Positions 1 through 10,605 of a DNA stretch of 64,000 nucleotides are shown here, in pieces. Numbering within the stretch: the first letter of the stretch is position 1; the number at the start of each line of letters is the position of its first letter. Both the position numbers and the translations under genes were made by a program. The stretch is from Nitrospirales bacterium (GTDB lineage: Bacteria; Nitrospirota; Nitrospiria; Nitrospirales; UBA8639), in NCBI GenBank assembly GCA_965203295.1, contig CBDBCZ010000015.1, positions 992,001-1,056,000 of the forward strand, given 5' to 3'. Below the pieces are notes generated by a model, which saw nothing but the letters and a program-made list of their open reading frames with translations, did no database searches and had not been told where the DNA came from.

Positions 1-2983
1 TCTGACCCTTCCCAACTGTTTAGAAAAAGAACTGTTTATTCAAAGGCCTTTTTAGTTTTGTTGACGTTAGCATGAAGATTAGGAAAGAAGGATTTTATTG
101 AAAATTGTTAGTTTTGTTGGTCTCTAGCAAAGACTTTAAGCCAAAGTCACTAGCTACCATTGATCTGAACCTTCCCAACTGTTTAGAATAGAGCTGGTTA
201 TTCAAAGGCTTGTTTTATTTTAATGATATTAGTTAGATACAATACATGCTTAGGAAGTATCAATGTTCAAGAAAGGAACTGGTTATTCAAAGGCTTGTTT
301 AGTTTGGTTGATGTTAGTCTGCAGATTAGGAAAGAAGTATTTTATAGAAAATCGTTAGTTTTGTTGGTCTCTAGCAAAGACATTGAGCCAAAGTAACTAG
401 CTACAATTGATCTGACCCTTTCCTACTGTTTAGGAGAAGAACTTGTTATTCAAAGTCTTGATTAGTTTGAATGATGTTAGTCGCATACAATACATGTTTA
501 GGAAGTGTCGATGTTCAAGAAAGGAACTGGTTATTCAAAGGCTTGTTTAGTTTGGTTGATGTTAGTCTTAAGATTAGGAAAGAAGTATTTTATTGAAAAT
601 TGTTAGTTTTGTTGGTCTCTAGCAAAGACTTTAAGCCAAAGTAACTAGCAACCATTTATCTGACCCTTTCCAACTGTTTAGAAAAAGAACTGGTTATTCA
701 AAGGCTTGTTTAGTTTGAATGATGTTAGTCTGAAGATTAGGAAAGAAGGATTTTATTAAAAATTGTTAGTTTTGTTGGTCTCTAGCAAAGACTTTAAGCC
801 AAAGTCACTAGCTACCATTGATCTGACCCTTCCAAACTGTTTAGGAAAAAAACCTGTTATTCAAAGGCTTGTTTAGTTTGAATGATGTTAGTCAGATACA
901 ATACATGCTTAGGAAGTATCGATGTTCAAGAAAGGAACTGGTTATTCAAAGGCTTGTTTAGTTTGGTTGATGTTAGTCTGCAGATTAGGAAAGAAGTATT
1001 TTATAGAAAATCGTTAGTTTTGTTGGTCTCTAGCAAAGACTTTGAGCCAAAGTAACTAGCTACTATTGATCTGACCCTTCCCAACTGTTTAGGAAAAGAA
1101 CTGGTTATGCAAAGGCTAGTTTAGTTTGAATGATGTTAGTCAAATATAATACATCCTTAGGAAGTATCTATGTTCAAGAAAGGAACTGGTTATTCAAAGG
1201 CTTGTTTAGTTTAGTTGATGTTAGTCTGCAGATTAGAAAAAAAGGATTTTATTTAAAATTGTTAGTTTTGTTGGTCTCTAGCAAAGACTTTAAGCCAAAG
1301 TATCTAGCTACCATTGATTAGGAAACAAAGATTTTATTGAAAATTGTTAGTTTTGTTGGTCTCTAGCAAAGACTTTAAGCCAAAGTAACTAGCTACCATT
1401 GATCTGACCCTTCCCAACTGTTTAGGAAAAGAACTTGTTATTCAAAGGCTTGTTTAGTTTGAATGATGTTAGTCTGAAGATTAGGAAATAAGGATTTTAT
1501 TGATAATTGTTAGTTTTGTTGGTCTCTAGCAAAGACTTTAAGCCAAAGTAACTAGCTACCATTTATCAGACCCTTCCGAACTGTTTAGAAAAAGAACTGG
1601 TTATTCAAAGGCCTGTTTAGTTTTGTTGATGTTAGCCTGAAGATTAGGAAAGAAGGATTTTATTGAAAATTGTTAGTTTTGTTGGTCTCTAGCAAAGACT
1701 TTAATCCAAAGTCACTAGCTACCATTGATCTGACCCTTCCCAACTGTTTAGGAAAAGAACTGGTTATTCAAAGGCTTGATTAGAATTGTTGATGTTAGTC
1801 TGAAGATTAGGAAAGAAGGATTTTATTGAAAATTGTTAGTTTTGTTGGTCTCTAGCAATGACTTTAAGCCGAAGTAACTAGCTACCATTGATCTGACCCT
1901 TCCCAACTGCTTAGAAAAAGAACTGGTTATTCAAAGGCTTGTATAGTTTGAATGATGTTAGTCAAATACAATACATGCCTAGGAAGTATCGATGTTCAAG
2001 AAAGGAACTGGTTATTCAAAGGCTTGTTTAGTTTGGTTGTTGTTAGTCTGAAGATTAGGAAAGAAGGATTTTATTGAAAATCGTTAGTTTTGTTGGTCTC
2101 AGGCAAAGACTTTCAGCCAAAGTAACTGGCTACCATTGATCTGACCCTTCCTAACTGTTTAGGAAAAGAACCTGTTATTCAAAGGCTTGTTTAGTTTTGT
2201 TGATGTTAGTCAAATACAATACATGCCTAGGAAGTATCGATGTTCAAGAAAGGAACTTGTTATTCAAAGGCTTGTTTAGTTTGGTTGATGTTAGTCTGGA
2301 GATTTTGAAAGAAGGATTTATTGAAAATAGTTAGTTTTGTTGGTCTCAGGCAAAGACTTTAAGCCAAAGTAACTAGCTACCATTGATCTGACCCTTCCCA
2401 ACTGTTTAGGAAACGAATTGGTTATTCAAAGGCTAGTTTAGTTTGAATCTTGTTAGTCAAATGCAATACATCCTTAGGAAGTATCGATGTTCAAGAAAGG
2501 AACTGGTTATTCAAAGGCTTGTTTAGTTTGGTTGATGTTAGTCTGCAGATTGGGAAAGAAGTATTTTATTGAAAATTGTTAGTTTTGATGGTCTCTAGCA
2601 AAGACTTTAAGCCAAAGTAACTAGCTACCATTGATTAGGAAAGAAGGATTTTATTGAAAATTGTTAGTTTTGTTGGTCTCTAGCAAAGACTTTAAGCCAA
2701 AGTAACTAGCTACCATTGATCTGACCCTTCCCAACTGTTTAGGAAAAGAACTTGTTATTCAAAGGCTTGTTTAGTTTGAATGATGTTAGTGAAATACAAT
2801 ACATCCTTAGGAAGTATCGATGTTCAAGAAAGGAACTGGTTATTCAAAGGCTTGTTTAGTTTAGTTGATGTTAGTCTGAAGATTAGGAAAGGAGGATTTT
2901 ATTGAAAATTGTTAGTTTGTTGGTCTCAGGTAAAGACTTTCAGCCAAAGTATCTAGCTACCATTGATCTGACCCCTCCCAACT

Positions 2984-3215
2984 GTCTTGGAAAGGAACTG
3001 GTTTATGATTCAATCGTTTGTTTAGTTTAAATGATGTTTGTCAGATACAATACATTCATGCTTAGAAAGTAAGGGTTTTCACTAATAATTGGTACAATTT
3101 TAGCTTTATTGGTCTCAGGAAACTTTCAGTCAAAACAACTAGCTACCATTGGTCTGACCCTTCTCAACTGTCTAGGAAAGTAATTGGTTTAAGATTTAAT
3201 AGCTTGTTTAGTTTG
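2984..3215 (+). repeat. Rare diverged C monomer (~186-bp period); other copies at ~36231-36460, 41709-41940, 51869-52100, a ~177-bp variant at ~63585-63770, and a partial copy from 63974
   Basis: Distinct sequence GTCTTGGAAAGGAACTGGTTTATGATTCAATC...ATACAATACATTCATGCTTAGAAAGTAAGGGTTTTCACTAATAATTGGTACAATTTTAGCTTTATTGGTCTCAGGAAACTTTCAGTCAAAAC...GTCTAGGAAAG, which ordinary A and B monomers lack. Confidence 0.88.
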
Positions 3216-6200
3216 AATGAAGTTAGTCGGATACAATACATGCTTAGGAAGTATCGATATTCAAGACCGGAACTGCATTGTTATTCAAAGGCTTGTTTAG
3301 TTTGGTTGATGTTAGTCTGAAGATTAGGAAAGAAGGATTTCATTGAAAATAGTTAGATTTGTTTGTCTCTGGCAAAGACTTTAAGGCAAAGTCAGTAGCT
3401 ACCATTGATCTGACCCTTCCCAACTGTTTAGAAAAAGAACTGGTTATTTAAAGGCTTGTTTAGTTTGAATGATGTTAGTCAGATACAATACATGATTAGG
3501 AAGTATCTATGTTCAAGAAAGGAACTTGTTATTCAAGGACTTGTTTAGATTCGTTGATGTTAGTCTGAAGATTAGGAAAGAAGGATTTTAATGAAAATTA
3601 TTAGTTTTGTTGGTCTCTAGCAAAGACTTTAAGCCAAAGTTACTAGCTACTTTTTATCTGACCTTTCCCAACTGTTTAAAAAAAGAGCTGGTTATTCAAA
3701 AGCTTGTTTAGTTTTTATGATGTTATTCTGAAGATTAGGAAAGAAGGATTTTATTGAAAATTGTTAGTTTTGTTGGTCTCTAGCAAAGACTTTCAGCCAA
3801 AGTAACTAGCTACCATTGATCTGACCCTTCCCAACTGTTTTGGAAAAGAACTGGTTATTCAAAGGCTTGTTTAGTTTGAATAATGTTAGTCTGAAGATTA
3901 GGAAAGAAGGATTTTATTGAAAATTGTTAGTTTTGTTGGTCTCTAGTAAAGACTTTAAGCCAAAGTCACTAGCTACCATTGATCTGACCCTTCCCAACTG
4001 TTTAAAAAAAGAGCTGGTTATTCAAAGGCTTGTTTTGTTTGCTTGATGTTAGTCTGCAGATTAGGAAAGAAGTATTTTAAAGAAAATCGTTAGTTTTGTT
4101 GGTCTCTAGCAAAGACATTGAGCCAAAGTAACTAGCTACAATTGATCTGACCCTTCCCTACTGTTTAGGAGAAGAACTGGTTATTCAAAGTCTTGATTAG
4201 TTTTAATGATGTTTGTCGGATACAATACATGTTTAGGAAGTGTCGTTGTTCAAGAAAGGAACTGGTTATTCAAAGGCTTGTTTAGTTTGGTTGATGTTAG
4301 TCTGAAGATTAAGAAAGAAGGATTTTATTTAAAATTGTTAGTTTTTTTGTCTCTAGCAAAGACTTTAAGCCAAAGTAACTTGCTACCATTTATCTGACCC
4401 TTCCCAACTGTTTAGAAAAAGAGCTGGTTATTCAAAGGCCTGTTTAGTTTTGTTGATGTTAGCCTGAAAATTAGGAAAGAAGGATTTTATTGAAAATTGT
4501 TAGTTTTGTTGGTCTCAGGCAAAGACTTTCAGCCAAAGTAACTAGCTACCATTTATCTGACCCTTCCCAACTGTTTATAAAAAGAACTGGTTATTCAAAG
4601 GCTTGTTTAGTTTGAATGATGTTAGTCAAATACAATACATGCCTAGGAAGTATCGATGTTCAAGAAAGGAACTGGTTATTCAAAGGCTTGTTTAGTTTGA
4701 ATGATGTTAGTCAGATACAATACATGCTTAGGAAGTATCGATGTTCAAGAAAGGAACTTGTTATTCAAGGGCTTGTTTAGTTTCGTTGATGTTAGTCTAA
4801 AGATTAGGAAAGATGGATTTTAATGATAATTATTAGTTTTGTTGGTCTCTAGCAAAGACTTTAAGCCAAAGTTACTAGCTACTTTTGATCTGACCCTTCC
4901 CAACTGTTTAAAAAAAGAGCTGGTTATTCAAAAGCTTGTTTAGTTTTAATGATGTTAGTCTGAAGATTAGGAAAGAAGAATTTTATTGAAAATTGTTAGT
5001 TTTGTTTGTGTCTAGCAAAGACTTTCAGCCAAAGTAACTAGCTACCATTGATCTGACCCTTCCCAACTGTTTTGGCAAAGAACTAGTTATTCAAAGGCTT
5101 GTTTAGTTTGAATAATGTTAGTCTGAAGATTAGGAAAGAAGGATTTTATTGAAAATTGTTAGTTTTGTTGGTCTCTAGTAAAGACTTTAAGCCAAAGTCA
5201 CTAGCTACCATTGATCTGACCCTTCCCAACTGTTTAGAAAAAGAGCTGGTTATTTAAAGGCTTGTTTAGTTTGAATGATATTAGTCAGATACAATACATG
5301 CTTAGGAAGTATCAATGTTCAAGTAAGGAACTGGTTATTCAAAGCTTGTTTAGTTTGCTTGATTTTAGTCTAGGAAAGAAGTATTTTATTGAAAATCGTT
5401 AGTTTTGTTGGTCTCTAGCAAAGACATTGAGCCAATGTAACTAGTTACAATTGATCTGACCCTTCCCTACTGTTTAGGAGAAGAACTGGTTATTCAAAGT
5501 CTTGATTAGTTTTAATGATGTTAGTCGGATACAATACATGTTTAGGAAGTGTCGATGTTCAAGAAAGGAACTGGTTATTCAAAGGCTTGTTTAGTTTGGT
5601 TGATGTTAGTCTGAAGATTAGGAAAGAAGGATTTTATTGAAAATTGTTAGGTTTTTTTATCTCAGGCAAAGACTTTCAGCCAAAGTAACTGGCTACCATT
5701 GATCTGACCCTTCCAAACTGTTTAGGAAAAAAACCTGTTATTCAAAGGCTTGTTTAGTTTGAATGATGTTAGTCAGATACAATACATGCTTAGGAAGTAT
5801 CGATGTTCAAGAAAGGAACTAGTTATTCAAAGGCTTGTTTAGTTTGGTTGATGTTAGTCTGCAGATTAGGAAAGAAGTATTTTATAGAAAATCGTTAGTT
5901 TTGTTTGTCTCTAGCAAAGACTTTGAGCCAAAGTAACTAGCTACCATTGATCTGACCCTTCCCAACTGTTTAGGAAAAGAACTGGTTATTCAAAGGCTTG
6001 TTTAGTTTAAATGATGGTAGTCCGATACAATACATGCCTAGGAAGTATCGATGTTCAAGAAAGGAACTTGTTATTCAAAGGCTAGTTTAGTTTGGTTGAT
6101 GTTAGTCTGAAGATTAGGAAAGAAGGATTTATTTAAAATATTTAGTTTTGTTGGTCTCTAGCAAAGACTTTAAGCCAAAGTAACAAGCTACCATTGATCT

Positions 6201-9200
6201 GACCCTTCCCAACTGTTTAGGAAAAGAACTAGTTATCCAAAGGCTTGTTTAGTTTGAATGATGTTAGTCAGATACAATACATGCTTAGGAAGTATCGATG
6301 TTCAAGAAAGGAACTGGTTATTCAAAGGCCGGTTTAGTTTGGTTGATGTTAGTCTGAATAATATTAAGAAAGAGGAATTTTACTCAAAAATTGTTATTTT
6401 TTTTGTCTCTTGCAAAGACTTTAAGCCAAAGTAACTAGCTACCATTGAACTGACCCTTTCCAACTGTTTAGGAAACGAACTGGTTATTCAAAAGCTAGTT
6501 TAGTTTGAATGATGTTAGTCAAATACAATACATTCTTAAGAAGTATCGATGTTCAAGAAAGGAACTGGTTATTCAAAGGCTTGTTTAGTTTGGTTGATGT
6601 TAGTCTGCAGATTAGGAAAGAAGTATTTTATAGAAAATCGTTAGTTTTGTTGGTCTCTAGCAAAGACTTTGAGCCAAAGAAACTAGCTACCATTGATCTG
6701 ACCCTTCCCAACTTTTTAGGAAAAGAACTGGTTATTCAAAGGCTTGTTTAGTTTAAATGATGTTAGTCGGATTCAATACATGCTTAGGAAGTATCGATGT
6801 TCAAGAAAGGAACTATTTATTCAAAGGCTTGTTTAGTTTGGTTGATGTTTGTCTGAAGATTAGGAAAGAAGGATTTATTGAAAATTGTTAGTTTTGTTGG
6901 TCTCTAGCAAAGACTTTAAGCCAAAGTAACAAGCTACCATTGATCTGACCCTTCCAAACTGTTTAGGAAAAGAACTGGTTATGCAAAGGCTAGTTTAGTT
7001 TGAATGATGTTAGTCAAATACAATACATCCTTAGGAAGTATCGATGTTCAAGAAAGGAACTGGTTATTCAAAGGCTTGTTTAGTTTGGTTGATGTTAGTC
7101 TGCAGATTAGGAAAGAAGGATTTTATTGAAAATTGTTAGTTTTGTTGGTCTCTAGCAAAGACTTTAAGCCAAAGTAACTAGCTACCATTGACCTGACCCT
7201 TTCCAACTTTTTAGGAAAAGAACTTGTTATTCAAAGGCTTGTTTAGTTTGCTTGATGTTAGTCTGAAGATTAAGAAAGAAGGATTTTATTGAAAATTGTT
7301 AGTTTCGTTGGTCTCTAGCAAAGACTTTAAGCCTAAGTAACTAGCTACCATTTATCAGACCCTTCGGAACTGTTTAGAAAAAGAACTGGTTATTCAAAGG
7401 CCTGTTTAATTTTGTTGATGTTAGCCTGAAGATTAGGAAAGAAGGATTGTATTGAAAATTGTTAGTTTTGTTGGTCTCTAGCAAAGACTTTAAGCCAAAG
7501 TCACTAGCTACCATTGATCTGACCCTTCCCAACTGTTTAGAAAAAGAACTGGTTATTCAAAGGCTTGTTTAGTTTGGTTGATGTTTGTCTGAAGATTAGG
7601 AAAGAAGGATTTATTGAAAATTGTTAGTTTGTTGGTCTCTAGCAAAGACTTTAAGCCAAAGTAACAAGCTACCATTGATCTGACCCTTCCAAACTGTTTA
7701 GGAAAAGAACTGGTTATTCAAAGGTTAGTTTAGTTTGAATGATGTTAGTCAAATACAATACATGCTTAAGAAGTATCAATGTTCAAGAAAGGAACTGGTT
7801 ATTCAAAGGCTTGTTTAATTTGGTTGATGTTATTCTTAAGATTAGGAAAGAAGGATTTTATTGAAATTTGTTAGTTTTGTTGGTCTCTAGCAAAGACTAT
7901 GAGCCAAAGTAACTAGCTACCATTGATCTGACCCTTCCCAACTGTTTAGGAAAAGAACTGGTTATTCAAAGGCTTGATTAGTTTTAATGATGTTAGTCGG
8001 ATACAATACATGTTTAGGAAGTATCGATGTTCAAGAAAGGAACTGGTTATTCAAAGGCTTGTTTAGTTTTGTTGATGTTAGTCTGAAGATTAGGAAAGAA
8101 GGATTTTATTTAAAATTGTTAGTTTTGTTGGTCTCTTGCAATGACTTTAAGCCAAAGTTACTAGCTACCTTTGATCTGACCTTTCCGAACTATTTAGAAA
8201 AAGTGCTGGTTATTCAAAGGCTTGTTTGTTTGAATGATATTAGTCAGATACAATACATGCTTAGGAAGTATCAATGTTCAAGAAAGGAAGTGGTAATTCA
8301 AAGGCTTGTTTAGTCTGGTTGATGTTTGTCTGAAGATTAGTAAAGAAGAATTTTAATGAAAATTGTTAGTTTTGTTGGTCTCTAGCAAAGACTTTAAGCC
8401 AAAGTAACTTGCTACCATTTATCTGACCCTTCCCAACTGTTTAGAAAAAGAGCTGGTTATTCAAAGGACTGTTTAGTTTGGTTGATTTTAGTCTGAAGAT
8501 TAGGAAAGAAAGATTTTATTGATGTTAGTCGGATACAATACATGTTTAAGAAGTGTCGATGTTCAAGAAAGGAACTGGTTATTCAAAGGCTTGTTTAGTT
8601 TGAATGATGTTAGTCAGATACAATACATGCTTAGGAAGTATCGATGTTCAAGAAAGGAACTGGTTATTCCAAGGCTTGTTTAGTTTGCTTGATGTTACTC
8701 TGAAGATTAGGAAAGAAGGATTTTATTGAAAATTTTTATTTTGTTGGTCTCAGGCAAATACTTTCACACAAAGTAACTGGCTACCATTGATCTGACCCTT
8801 CCCAACTGTTTAGGAAAAGAACTTGTTATTCAAAGGCTTGTTTAGTTTGAGTGATTTTAGTCAGATACAATACATGCTTAGGAAGTATCGATGTTCAAGA
8901 AAGGAACTGGTTATTCAAATGCTTATTTAGTTTGCTTGATGTTAGTCTGCAGATTAGGAAAGAAGTATTTTATATAAAATCGTTAGTTTTGTTTGTCTCT
9001 AGCAAAGACTTTGAGCCAAAGTAACTAGCTACCATTGATCTGACCCTTCCCAACTGTTTAGAAAAAGAGCTGGTTATTCAAAGGCTTGTTTTGTTTGAAT
9101 GATATTAGTTAGATACAATACATGCTTAGGAAGTATCAATGTTCAAGTAAGGAACTGGTTATTCAAAGGCTTGTTTAGTTTGCTTGATTTTAGTCTAGGA

Positions 9201-10605
9201 AAGAAGTATTTTATTGAAAATCGTTTGTTTTGTTGGTCTCTAGCAAAGACATTGAGCCAATGTAACTAGTTACAATTGATCTGACCCTTCCCTACTGTTT
9301 AGGAGAAGAACTGGTTATTCAAAGTCTTGATTAGTTTTAATGATGTTAGTCGGATACAATACATGTTTAGGAAGTGTCGATGTTCAAGAATGGAACTGGT
9401 TATTCAAAGGCATGTTTAGTTTGAATGAGGTTAGTCTTAAGATTAGGAAAGAAGGATTTTATTGAAAATTGTTAGTTTTGTTGGTCTCTAGCAAAGACTT
9501 TAAGCCAAAGTTACTAGCTACCATTGATCTGACCCTTCCGAACTATTTAGAAATAAGCTGGTTATTCAAAGGCTTGTTTTGTTTGAATGATATTAGTCAG
9601 ATACAATACATGCTTAGGAAGTATCAATGTTGAAGAAAGGAACTGGTTATTCAAAGGCTTGTTTAGTTTGGTTGATGTTAGTCTGAAGATTAAGAAAGAA
9701 GGATTTTAATGAAAATTGTTAGTTTTGTTGGTCTCTAGCAAAGACTTTAAGCCAAAGTCACTAGCTACCATTGATCTGACCCTTCCCAACTGTTTAGAAT
9801 AGAGCTGGTTATTCAAAGACTTGTTTTGTTTGAATGATATTAGTTAGATACAATACATGCTTAGGAAGTATCAATGTTCAAGAAAGGAACTGGTTATTCA
9901 AAGGCTTGTTTAGTTTGGTTGATGTTAGTCTGAAGATTAGGAAAGAAGGATTTTATTGAAAATTGTTAGGTTTTTTTATCTCAGGCAAAGACTTTCAGCC
10001 AAAGTAACTGGCTACCATTGATCTGACCCTTCCAAACTGTTTAGGAAAAAAACCTGTTATTCAAAGGCTTGTTTAGTTTGAATGATGTTAGTCAGATACA
10101 ATACATGCTTAGGAAGTATCGATGTTCAAGAAAGGAACTGGTTATTCAAAGGCTTGTTTAGTTTGGTTGATGTTAGTCTGCAGATTAGGAAAGAAGTATT
10201 TTATAGAAAATCGTTAGTTTTGTTTGTCTCTAGCAAAGACATTGAGCCAAAGTAACTAGCTACCATTGATCTGACCCTTCCCAACTGTTTAGGAAAAGAA
10301 CTGGTTATTCAAAGGCTTGTTTAGTTTAAATGATGGTAGTCCGATACAATACATGCCTAGGAAGTATCGATGTTCAAGAAAGGAACTTGTTATTCAAAGG
10401 CTAGTTTAGTTTGGTTGATGTTAGTCTGAAGATTAGGAAAGAAGGATTTATTTAAAATATTTAGTTTTGTTGGTCTCTAGCAAAGACTTTAAGCCAAAGT
10501 AACAAGCTACCATTGATCTGACCCTTCCCAACTGTTTAGGAAAAGAACTAGTTATCCAAAGGCTTGTTTAGTTTGAATGATGTTAGTCAGATACAATACA
10601 TGCTT

